Assembly (NCBI RefSeq): GCF_009914755.1
Contig: NC_060927.1
Reading direction: 5' to 3' (one strand)
Source of the DNA: the human T2T-CHM13v2.0 reference genome, Homo sapiens
Length of the DNA stretch: 64,000 nt
Within the stretch, counting starts at the first letter, position 1; every line of letters starts with the position of its first letter. Both the position numbers and the translations under genes were made by a program. Positions 47,741-64,000 of this stretch are shown piece by piece. The notes under the pieces were generated by a model. It did not search any database, was not told the DNA's origin, and saw only the letters and a program-made list of their open reading frames with translations.

Positions 47741-48189
47741 GAAACTGTAAAACTAATAAGCCACCAAAGAATAAGGAAGACCACCTGGTGACCATGTTTA
47801 AGGACTCCCACTGATTCAGGCACAGGAAGGGGGAGGTCCTGATGAAAAATAAAGGGAGCATGGCAATTCCAACAGAATCACCAACAGAATCTGGGCCCCA
47901 GCAATTCCTTCCAGCACTCCTCATCATTCAACATACGCCCCACGCCTACTCTTCCAAATGCTGGGCCAAACTGCCTCTCAAAGTCCTGCCCTCCACCTTC
48001 ACCTCAACCACCTATCCACGGTTACTCCACAGACCTGCGGTGTTCAATGTGGGAGCGATGTGCCACACAGGGCTACTCAGAACTCGAAAAGTGGCTTGTC
48101 TGAACTGGGATGTGCTACAGATGTGAAATACACACAGTATTCTGAAGACTTCATACCAAAAAATAATAATATCTCAATAATAGTTTTTA

Positions 48190-48790
48190 CCAGCCAGGTG
48201 CAGTGGCTAACACCTGTAAACCCAACACTTTGGGAGGCCAAGGTGGGCATATGACTTGAGGTCAGAAGTTTAAGACCAGCCTGGCCAACATGATGAAACC
48301 CTATCTCTATAAAAAATACAAATATTAGGCAGGCATGGTGGTGCATGCCTGAAATTCCAGGAACTCAGGGGTCTGAGGCAGCAGAATCACTTGAACCCAG
48401 AAGGCAGAGGTTGCAGTGAGCCTAGATCACGCCATTGCACTCCAGCCTGGGTGGCAGATTAAGACTTCATCTCAAAAAAATAAATAAATAGGCCGGGCGC
48501 GGTAGTTCACGCCTGTAATGCCAGCACTTTGGGAGGCCAAGGCAGGTGGATCACCTGAGGTCAGGAGTTCAAAACCAGCCTGACCAACATGGAGAAACCC
48601 CATCTCTACTAAAACTACAAAATTAGCTGGGCATGGAGGCGCATGCCTGTAACCCCAGCTACTCAGGAGGCTGAGACAGGAGAATCGCTTGAACCCGGGA
48701 GGTGAGGCTGCAGTGAGCCAAGATGGTGCCATTGCACTCCAGTCTGGGCAACAAGAGTGAAACTCCATCTCAAAAAATAAATTAATTAAT
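48190..48790 (+). mobile_element. Tandem AluS and AluSp
   Basis: Outer TSD aataatagtttt. Confidence 0.92.
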
Positions 48791-48882
48791 TTCATTAAAT
48801 TAAATAAATAGTTTTAACCAATTATATGTTGAAGTGATCATACATTGTGTATACTGGCTTTAGAAATATATTACCAAAGTTA

Positions 48883-49280
<398 letters not shown>

Positions 49281-49869
49281 TTATTAGATGGTGTTGCTAG
49301 ACTTTTACTAAAACTGCATTACCACCAAAATCTCTGTTACACATCATAGCCTGTGACCATATACACGCACTTTCCAGCCCGCTCCCACAACCATTCCAAT
49401 TCTGGTTAAACTCAACCAACCCTCCACATACTCTGCAGCTACTCAAGCAGGTAAAGCAGAAACAAACCATGCTGCCTGATTTACTTTAAATTTATGATCA
49501 CAAATCTCAAATGGCCCAAGACAACCTGCTTTTCAAGTGACCATTCACACCTCCTCTTTCCTCTCCTCTCCTACCTCCTAACTGATGACTTTGCTTATTT
49601 CAGGGAAGATAGAACCAAACAGAAGAGAACTTTCTCAGGCTCCTGGCATGGAATCCACCAACTTGCATCTTGTACCATACCCTGCCTTACCTCAACTATC
49701 CATGCTCCTTCCAAAAGCCAAAACCTCCCCTTGTATACATGATCCCAACCCCCCTCAAACTTCACTTACATTATACAACTGTCTCCTCGCCACATTATGC
49801 TGAGTATTTTTCCCTTGCTAATAGACCATTTCCATCAGCATACAAACATGCTGAAATTATTATCCTTAT

Positions 49870-51410
<1,541 letters not shown>

Positions 51411-51899
51411 CCACACTCTCCAGCTCCCCTCTCTCACTGGATGCTCCCTTTCACTCTCCTTTGCTGGGTCCTCCTTCTCCTTACACTTGCTAAATGTTGC
51501 AATGAAGGTCCTCAGTCCTCTTCTATCTTCCCTCACGTTGGCCTAATGTCTATATGCTGATGACATATGAATTTGACATATAAAGATACACAGCATTTCC
51601 ATCCCTCCAGAAAGCACTTTGTGCCCATTTCCAGATGTCTTCCTTAAATTTACATCTCCACCCTGATGAACCGCCTAAACTGCAGACTCAAAGACCCAGT
51701 GTCTTCCAGTGGGCACCCAAAATTAAAATGCCCGAATCCATTCTTTTCCTAGTCTTTTTTCCCTCAGTGTTATCACCATCCTTCTTAGTCATGTAGGCCA
51801 AAACCCTAGGATAATCATTGACTTCTCTTTCACACCTCATACCCAATCCATGACCAAAAACGATCATCTGTACTTTAAATATGTATTCAGACTCTTCAT

Positions 51900-52450
51900 T
51901 CATAGAAAGTCAAAACTAGCAAAATTAATCTGTGGAGTTAGAAGTCAAGATCATGATTACCCTTGAGTGGGAAGAAAGAGAGGGCAGGGGGCGGGAAGGG
52001 CATCTAAACTACTGCTCATGTTATTTCTTGATTGTGTGCTGGTTACATGGGTGTATTTATTTTATGAAAATTTAAGCATACAATTATGGTTTGTATACTC
52101 TCCTGTATGTATATTTTACTTCAATAAAAAGATTCACTCAAAATGGAATGCATTTTAGTAATAAAGGAATAACTACAATACTTGCAATAACACAGGTGAA
52201 TCTCAAAAACATCTTAAGGAAAAGAAGTGTGACACAAAAAAGTACATACCATAGGAACCCATTTACTTGAGGTTCAAGAACAGGCAAAATAATCTACAAT
52301 GATAGAAGTAAGAACAGTGCTGGGGGCAGTGTTGAAGATGACATCTGGAGAGGGCAGGAGGCACTTTCTGGAGGAACAGACAGACTGTTTCTTGATTTGG
52401 ATATTACATGACTGCATACGTTTGTTAAAAGTCATTGAACTACACACTAC
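51900..52450 (+). mobile_element. Two degraded L1ME 3'UTR fragments
   Basis: gttagaagtcaagatc...tattttacttcaataaaaa and gaatctcaaaaacat...aagaacaggcaaaa motifs. Confidence 0.55.
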
Positions 52451-52995
52451 ACTACTCGGGTGTGCCTTAAGACCCCAAAGATCCCCTAATCACACTAACA
52501 CCTGCACTAAATATTCCTTATTCTCTTGGAATCCAGTACATTTCCCAATAGTACTTGTTCTACTTGGAAAGGCATCAGTTTACCAACGTAGTGAAATTTT
52601 CCCTGGGGTTGTGCTATCCACCCTTATATCCAGCATTTGTAGTGTGTGTCACAAGTTGTATTCTCATGGTGAGATAGTTTCTCTGTTGTGATCAGGTTTC
52701 CATGTTGCGGTCAAAGGGCCAAGAGATTTAATTGGGTTAAGTTTTACAGGAGAGGGTGGCATTTGTTCTGGATCCTGATAAGCCTAAAAAGTATCACAAA
52801 GCTTCTTGTCTGAAAATTTCTCCCACAGTGGCCCTACTGTGGTCTTTGAAAAATCTCTATTAGTCACCCCCCTGAATTAAGCCTTTGACGGACTCCAAAA
52901 TGCTATCAAAATATGATCACAGAAGGGGATGATACTTCAAGGAAAATGAATTTGTTACATTATCCAGCAGTGTCCTAAAATGAAGGAACAAGAGG

Positions 52996-53250
52996 GCTGG
53001 GCGCAGTGGCTCATGCCTGTAATCCCAGCACTTTGGGAGGCCGAGGCGGGAGGATCACAAGGTCGGGAGATCGAGACCATCCTGGCTAAAACGGTGAAAC
53101 CCCGTCTCTACTAAAAATACAAAAAATTAGCCGGGCATAGTCCCAGCTACTTGGGAGGCTCAGGCAGGAGAATGGCGTGAACCCAGGAGACGGAGCTTGC
53201 GGTGAGCCGAGACTGTGCCACTGCACTCCAGCCCGGGCGACAGAGCGAGA
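52996..53250 (+). mobile_element. AluY lacking its 3' tail
   Basis: AluY diagnostics; ends at gagcgagac. Confidence 0.9.
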
Positions 53251-54116
53251 CAGGTAAATTATGACACCTGAAAGTGTGGTTATGAAAAGGTCAAAAGCAA
53301 GGGAAAGTACTGAGGAGGACTGTCAACGCGACAGCTGAGAACAGCCAGTGGGGAGCATGATGGTAAATGCTATATGGAGAAGAGGAGAAAAAAGGCCATG
53401 AAGTCAAACTCTTCCTTACATGTAATTATTTTCTCGGCTTACCCTGCTGGCCTCCTCAACTGGAGAGGGGGCATTGGTACCATGATCCAACAGATCTGAA
53501 CCAACTATAGATCAGGATGATACTGACATCATAGGCAATTGTGAGAAGTGAATGCACCCAGCACACTGGCTGGAACATATTAGATATACTCAATAAATGG
53601 TAGCATATGATGAACTTCTGCAAAGGAAAAGAGTAGAAATGCTTCTGCAAGGTATGGGACACAGGAGTTTCCAAGAGCTAAGACCCCTAAAAAGCAGGGA
53701 CTTGGACAACCATTTGAATGGAGTGTTTATACATGCCTTGATTCCTCTATCTCACCTTTCTTACCAGATCATAAGCTCAAAAGTACAGGATCATTTCGCC
53801 CTCTAACACAGCAGACACTCAACAATACGCTTTTGGTGTTGAAGTGAGTGAATGAATCTTGGAAAAAAGAGAGGCTTCCCCAGGCTCTATAAATCAGGAA
53901 TAAGGCAAACAGAAAACAGTGGCCTTTCTATATCCATTAAAACTCTTGCACATGCTGAACCTGCCCTCATCCTTCTTTCCCACACGTGACCGACCCCACA
54001 TCCCTCTTCTCAACTCTCTTCCAGTTCTGGGTATTTCCCTCTCCATCTATGTGTTCTCTATGTATTTCTTGTTCCATTAGTGACTGTGACGTAAGAGACA
54101 TCATGAAAGAATATTT

Positions 54117-54412
54117 AAGCCAGGCGCAGTGGCTCATACCTGTAATCCCGGCATTTCGGGAGGTCGAGGTGGGCGGATCACTTGAGGTCAGGAGTTTGAG
54201 GGCAGCCTGGCCAACATGGTGAAACCCCATCTCTACTAAAAATACAAAGATTCACTGGGCATGGTAATGTGCACCTGTAATCCCAGCAACTCAGGAGGCT
54301 GGGGCAGGAGAATCGCTTGAACAGGGGAGGCAGAGGTTGCAGTGAGCCAAGATCGCACCACTGCACTCCAGCCTGGACGAAAGAGTCTGGACTCTGTCTC
54401 AAAAAAAAGAAA
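54117..54412 (+). mobile_element. AluS
   Basis: Full dimer. Confidence 0.92.
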
Positions 54413-54973
54413 GAGTGTTTATTAAGTGTCAGGCACTATGCTAAATATCTTATTATCTTAGTAAAAGCTAGATATGTCAACAAAATGCAAGCAAATTGAA
54501 TTCAGCAGTATATTAAAAGGATTATGCACGATAACCAAGTGGGTTTATTCCTGGAAAACAAAAGATGGTTGAACATACAAAAATGTAATATACCACATTA
54601 TGAAGGGGAAAAAAACGCATGATCATCTCAATTAATACAGAAAATGCACTTGGCAAAATTCAACAACCTTTAAAAAAAAAAAAAAAAACTCCAAAAGCTA
54701 GGAATAGAAGGAAACTATCTCAACATAATAAAAGTCATATATGAAAAACCCAAAGCAAACAACATACTCAATGGTGAAAGAGTAAAGCTTTTCCTCTAAC
54801 ATTAAGAAGTAGGCAAGAATGTCTGCTTTCTCCACTTCTAGTCAAGAAGGTATAAAAAGTCCTAGCCAGAGCAATTACACAAGAAAAAAAAAGGCATCCA
54901 AATTGGAAAGGAAAAAAGTAAAATTAACTCTGTTTGCAAATGATGTGATTGATTTTATATGTAGAAAACCCTA

Positions 54974-55375
<402 letters not shown>

Positions 55376-55379
55376 TTAG

Positions 55380-56640
<1,261 letters not shown>

Positions 56641-56815
56641 GGGAATTTCTATACATTAACAAATGTACAATCGAAAAAGGAAATCAAGAAAACAACTTCA
56701 TTTATAATAGCAGCAAAAAGAATAAAACACATAGGAATTAACCAAACAGGTGGAAAGACTTACACAACAAAAACTACAAAAAACTTCTGAAAGAAATTTT
56801 TAAAAGACATAAATA

Positions 56816-57125
56816 GGCTGGGCACGGTGGCTCACACCTGTAATCCCAGCACTTTGGGAGGCCGAAGCAGGCGGATCACGAGGTCAGGAGATGGAGACCA
56901 TCCTGGCTAACACGGTGAAACCTCATCTCTACTAAAAATACAAAAAATTAGCTGGGCATGGTGGCGGGCGCCTGTAGTCCCAGCTACTCAAGAGGCTGAG
57001 GCAGGAGAATGGCGTGAACCCCGGGAGGCGGAGCTTACAGTAAGCCGAGATTGTGTCACTGCACTCCAGCCTGGAGGACAGAGCGAGGCTTCGTCTCAAA
57101 AAAAAAAAAAAAAAAAAAAAAAAGA
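56816..57125 (+). mobile_element. AluY
   Basis: TSD aaaagaca(t/c)aaata. Confidence 0.93.
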
Positions 57126-57625
57126 CACAAATAAGTGGGAAAATATCACGTGTTTATGAATTAGAAGGCAATTTTCAGATATTAATAATTAACATTCAAA
57201 TACTACCCAAAATCAATCTACCCAAAGCAATGTATGCATTCAATGCAATTCTTATCAAAATCCCAACAACTATTTTTGTGGGACTAGAAAAATCTATCCG
57301 AAAATTCATATAGAATCTCAAGGTATGTCAAACGGCCAAAACAATCTTAAAAGAAAAAAAAAAAAAAGCTGGAAAACACACACTTCCTGATTCCAAAGCT
57401 TACTACAAAGCTACAATAATAAAAACAGTATAGTACTGGCATAAAGATGGAAATATAGACCAACAGTATAGAATAAGGAGCCCAGAAATAAACCCTCACA
57501 CATATGGTCAAATGACTTCCAATAAGTATTCCAAAACTATTCAATGAGGAAAGGGCAGTCTTTTCAACAAATGGTGCTGAGAAAACTGGATATCCACATG
57601 TAAAAGAGAGAAGTTGGACCTTTAC

Positions 57626-57978
57626 TGTTGTGGTCTGAATGTGTCCCTCTAAAATTCACATTGAAACCTAATGTCCACTGTGGTGGTATTAGGAGGTGGA
57701 ACCTTTAGGAGGCGATTAGGTCATCAGGGCTCTGCCCTCATAAATAAAATTAGTGTCCTTAGAATACAGCCATAAGGGGGCCTGTTTTCCTCTTCTGCCA
57801 TGTGGGAACACATAAAAGGCACCATCTTTGAGAAACAGAGCAAGCCCTTACAAGACACCAAAACTGCTGGCACCTTAATCCTGGACTTCCCAGCCCCAAG
57901 AACTGTGACCAATAAATTTCTGTTATTTATAAGCTATCCAGTCTAAGGTATTTTGTCTTAGCAGCCCAAACAGAGACA
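57626..57978 (+). mobile_element. MaLR solo LTR (MLT1A-like)
   Basis: TG...CA termini, exact 5-bp TSD TTTAC (57621-57625 and 57979-57983), cagccccaagaactgtgaccaataaatttctg. Confidence 0.9.
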
Positions 57979-59171
57979 TTTACGGAACACCACATAGAAA
58001 ATTTAACTCAAAATGAGTCAAATATCACTGAGGTAAAAATACATAACTATCAGAAGAACAAATAGGACAAAAGCTTCATGACACTGGGCTTGGCAATGAT
58101 TTTTGGATATTTGCGTAAGACACCAAAGACACAGATAACAAAAAAAAAGACAAATGTGACTCTGCAAAAATTTTAAACTTTAGTACATCAAAAGGCACTA
58201 TCAACAAAGTGAAAAGGCAACCTATAGAATATGAAAATATATTTGCATATCATATATCTGATAACAGATTAATATCTAGAATATATAGAGAAGTCGTAAA
58301 ACTCAGCAAGAAAACAACCAACCAGATTAGAGAATGGGCAGAGGACTTACAGAAATGGACAAAAAGAATAGACATTTCTCCAAAGGAGATATACAAATTG
58401 TCTATAAGCATATGAAAAGATGCTGCTCAGCATCACTAGTCATTAGGGAAATGCAAATCAAAACAACAATGAGATACCACCTCACACCCATTAGGATGGT
58501 TACTGTCAAAAAAAAAGACAAAAAGTACTGATAAGGATGCAGAGAAACCGAACCCTTGTGCACTGATGGTCTGGAATGAGAAGATGGCAGAGCTGCTGAG
58601 GAAAACAGTATGGCAAGTCTTAAAATAATTAAAAATAGAATTACCATAGGACCAGCAATTCCACTTCTGAGTATATACACAAAATAAAGCAAGATCTCAA
58701 AGAGATATTTGTATCCACATATTCATAGCACCATTGTTCACAATAGTTAAAACACGGAAGCAACTTGTGTCCACTGTTACATAAATAAGCAAAATGCGCT
58801 TTATATATGTACAATGAAATATGATTCAGTCTTAAAAAGGAGGAAATTCTAACACATGCTACAACGTGGATAAACCTTGAGGACATTACACTGGGTGAAA
58901 TAAGCCAGACAAAAAATGCTGTATGATACCATTTATATAGAGTAGTCAAAACCACAGAGACAAAAAGTAGAATGATAGTTGCCAAAAGCTGGAGAAGGAG
59001 AAATGAAGAATTACAGTTTAATGGGTACAGAGCTTCAGTTTTACAAGATGAAAACAGTTATGGGGATAGATGGAGGTGATAGCTGCACAGCAATATGAAT
59101 GTACTTATTATCCCTAAACTGTACAATTAAAAATCACTAAGGTGCAAATTTGTTAAATTGTATTTTACTAC

Positions 59172-59236
59172 TATATACATATATATACACACACATATAT
59201 ATACACATACATATATATACACATATATACATATAT

Positions 59237-59272
<36 letters not shown>
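59172..59272. repeat. (TA)/(CA) compound microsatellite
   Basis: About 100 bp of alternating purine-pyrimidine at an Alu tail. Confidence 0.95.
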
Positions 59273-59531
<259 letters not shown>

Positions 59532-59727
59532 TAAAAATATATATATTTTTTAAGCTAGGTATGGTCCAAGAAGCCTACGCTATAAAGTGACACAGCTATT
59601 TCAAACCCAAGTCATTATCACCCAGTGTCCTTCCTTGACAGTAAATTGCAGAGGTTGGGGGAACCTGCTTGTTTCCTAAATACACCAAATTCAAAAAGTA
59701 AATTATCTAATATAGAATATAGTTTCC

Positions 59728-60335
59728 AGGCTGGGCTCAGTGGCTCCTGCCTGTAATCCCAACACTTCGGGAGGCTGAGGCAGGCAGACTGCTTGAGCTC
59801 AGGAGTTTGAGACCAGCCTGGGCAACATAGCCAAACCCCGACTCCATGAAAAATACAAAAAATTGGCCGGGCGCGGTGGCTCACACCTGTAATCCCAGCA
59901 CTTTGGGAGGCCAAGGTGGGCGGATCACAAGGTCAGGAGATCGAGACCATCCTGGCTAACACAGTGAAACCCCGTCTTTACTAAAAATACAAAAATTAGC
60001 TGGGTGTGGTGTCGGGCACCACTACAGCTACTCGGGAGGCTGAAGCAGGAGAATGGCGTGAACCCGGGAGGCACAGTGCAGTGAAGCTGAGACCGTGCCA
60101 CTGCACTCTAGCCTGGGCGACAGAGTGAGACTCCGTCTTAAAAAAAAAAAAAAAAAAAAGAAAAATACAAAAAATTAGCCAGGCGTGGTGGTATGTGCCT
60201 GTAGTCCCAGCTACTCTGGAGACTGAGGTGGGAGGATCATCTGAGCCCAGGAAGTTGAGGCTATAGTGAGCCCAGTGCACTCCAGTCTGGGCAACAGAGA
60301 GAGACCCTGTTTCTAAGGGAAAGAAAAAAAAAAAG
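59728..60335 (+). mobile_element. AluY (~59865-60160) nested in the linker of an AluJ
   Basis: Inner TSD gaaaaatacaaaaa; outer TSD aga(a/g)tatagtttcc. Confidence 0.9.
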
Positions 60336-60527
60336 AGTATAGTTTCCCCAATTTATACCCACCCCCAAAAAAAAGAAACAAAAAAGAAAATTAAGTTAGT
60401 CATTACTTGGATATGTTTATTACTCATTATTCAGGACTGGTGGCACTGAACAGATGAAGGTCATCCATTCCAGACTGAAAATGTGGCATTTGATATATCA
60501 AATTCAATGACTACTGTGAAAATGCTA

Positions 60528-60773
<246 letters not shown>

Positions 60774-60975
60774 CTAAGAAGTAAACAAAAATGACATTGA
60801 TAAATGCAAGTTAGTTGCATAATTAATTAGCCTAGGATAATTAGCCTAGGATATTATATGTGTAAAAAATCTAGCAAATCGACAAATTCAGAAAATTCAC
60901 TTACAAATGTTAAATACTAATGCTGATATTTTTGCAGGATGAACGAAACTACGGGGCAAATAAATAAAACTTCAC

Positions 60976-61270
<295 letters not shown>

Positions 61271-61344
61271 TTCACAAACCAATATTCAAGTTCCCATCAA
61301 CAAGATGTTTTAAAAACACAGTGGCTGCCCGTGCCTCTAGGGTG

Positions 61345-61775
61345 GGTAGATATCCCAGCATTCCGTGCGGTCGGCCCTTCAGCCGCTGCCGCCATTGGAG
61401 ACCAGCAGCCATGGCTCTGCGCGACCCTGTGGCCGTGGGCCTCGATGAGGGCCACAGAGTTACCAAAAATGGGAGCAAGCCTGGCCCAGCCACCGCCAAA
61501 GTGGGCAACTGACCAAGCACACCAAGTTCATGTGGGACATTATTCCAAAGATGTATGGCTTTACTCCCTACGAGCTGGCGCGCCATGGAGTTGCTCAAGG
61601 TTTCCAAGGACAAACGGCCCTCAGGTTCATCAAGAAGAGAGTGGGGGACACGTCCGCACCAAGATGAAGAGAGAAGAGCTAAGCAACGCCCTGCCCGCCA
61701 TGAAGAAAGTGGCCACAAAGAAGGACTGAGGCCCCATACCCTATCCATAAAACCTTCACAGAAAAAAAAAAAAAA
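61345..61775 (+). pseudogene. RPL36P20: RPL36 (60S ribosomal protein L36) processed pseudogene in ULK4 intron 1, antisense to ULK4
   Basis: Intronless. ATG at 61411 (MALRDPVAVGL), MELLKVSKDKR and KREELSNALPAMKKVATKKD* fall in different frames (frameshifts); stop at 61727-61729, then a poly(A) tail. The P20 number is from memory and unverified. Confidence 0.92.
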
Positions 61776-61920
61776 GTGAAAATAACAGCTATTTCGAAAA
61801 ACGGTAACAAAATCAGGGTATGAATTAGATTTTATCCAATGTGTCTCCATCTTACTTTCTCCGTTACAATGGAAACCTGGTACAAGGGAAAACAACATCT
61901 GCACAGTGGGATAATATATG

Positions 61921-62498
61921 TGAGGCAGGAGAACAGGGTCTGGAGGCAGGGAACCTAAGGCTGTTTCACACTGACTTCCTGTAACTAAATTGAAAGGAAA
62001 ACCCTAACTTTCCACGCCTAAGTAACAAAAGGACCAGAGGCTATTCCCTTTGCAAATCCCCCACCTTTTCTATGCAGCAGATGACCACAACCAATCAGAC
62101 TGATTGGGGCGTAGTCTTGGTTTGCAACTTTGTAACTTCACCTTAGCATCTGACTGGTTGCAGAGAATGGAATGAATGAATGAATGAAATGGAATCAATG
62201 AAATTGGCTGACTGCAACCAATAGACCGATTGCAGGCCACCACTTGATTTACCGGAGGTGAGCGTGAAGAGGCCAGTGGGAAAGCTCTAGGGGGTATTTG
62301 GACCGGGTATCTGTATCCCTGCCCTCCAGTGCTGCTCAGGTGGCTCCCACACTGTGGAGTGTACTTTCGTTTTCAATAAATCCCTGCTTTCATGCTTTTG
62401 TTGCTTCATTCTTTCCTTGCTGTGCTGGGCATTTTGTCCAGTTCTTTGCTCAAAATGCCAAGAACCTGGACAACTTGCGGTCAAGACCCTCTACTGGT
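61921..62498 (+). mobile_element. Solo ERV1 LTR, MER51-like
   Basis: Starts tgaggcaggagaacagggtctggaggcagggaacctaagg; CCAAT boxes, AATAAA near 62375, ends gaccctctactggt. Confidence 0.8.
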
Positions 62499-62659
62499 CT
62501 TGACTGGTATGCCCCACCTAAACCTTATAAATTTTGAGAAGCAAAAGAGAAACATATGCCCCACCTAGACCTTATTAATTATGAGAAGTAAAAGAGAAAA
62601 CAAGTGAAAATACAGTATAAACAAATATGGAATGATATTTCCATGTAATCCCTAGACTG

Positions 62660-62895
62660 CAGGAGTCAATCCAAGTATCATTAATACTACTGGCTCATAG
62701 GCCAAATTGGGTGTGCTGCCTGCTTTTGTAAATAAAGTTTAATTGGAACATAGCCACACCCATTCATTTATATATTGCTTATGGCTGCTTTCAAACTGCT
62801 ATATATTGCCTATGACAGAGTTGACTCTACAGCCTGCACAAACCCTAAAATATTTACTATTTGTCCCTTTATTTAAAAAAGTTTACCAACCCCTG
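62660..62895 (-). mobile_element. MER58A MITE
   Basis: gtaaataaagttttaattggaacatagccac...aaaaagtttaccaacccctg. Confidence 0.75.
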
Positions 62896-63136
62896 CTCTA
62901 AATCAAGTGATGTTGTTGTTGTTTTAACCAAGGACTTCATCCTTCACCTAAGGTATAAGTAGTTAAATGAGTTCGTTTTCTTGGCCAACATAACTCTTTA
63001 GTTTTCATAAGTAAATAAGGACTTGATGTAAACTCTTATCAGACTACATCTTATTTAGAATTTCAGTTAAAGTGGAATTAGTCATAAACAATATATGACA
63101 ATTTAATCTAAGTAATTCATTAAAATCATTCTTTCA

Positions 63137-64000
<864 letters not shown>

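Noticed and set aside
52708-52722. DR1-like nuclear receptor motif cggtcaaagggcca
   Set aside because: A single imperfect match is expected by chance in 64 kb.

Overview
Human (primate) genomic DNA covering the 5' part of ULK4 (Unc-51-like kinase 4, a pseudokinase) on the minus strand. Fifteen coding exons (numbered 2-16 by the usual ULK4 convention) can be spliced by hand through GT-AG sites into an uninterrupted frame of 1577 nt (codons 1-526, [11 protein letters not shown]...RIAPNWDI). Exon 1, the promoter and the 3' exons lie outside the window. The haplotype encodes R39 and V224, where the reference protein as I recall it has K39 and I224. The introns are dense with Alus (many tandem or nested, TSDs visible). 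They also hold a full-length dead L1PA element antisense to the gene, older L1M/L2/MIR fragments, MaLR and ERV1 LTRs, hAT MITEs and an RPL36 processed pseudogene. The most notable observations are: (1) an alternative-frame ATG in exon 14 that, spliced to exon 16, reproduces the CHRFAM7A N-terminal peptide and would continue into the ULK4 C-terminal repeats; (2) a copy-specific GTAAGT donor in the L1 5'UTR oriented with ULK4, downstream of where an L1 antisense promoter would fire; (3) a stop-free 132-codon GTG ORF across the RPL36 retrocopy that passes through the alt-RPL36 frame; (4) template-switch-type palindromes; (5) repeated insertion of elements at the same target sites. Repeat subfamily names are by eye and their boundaries are approximate.
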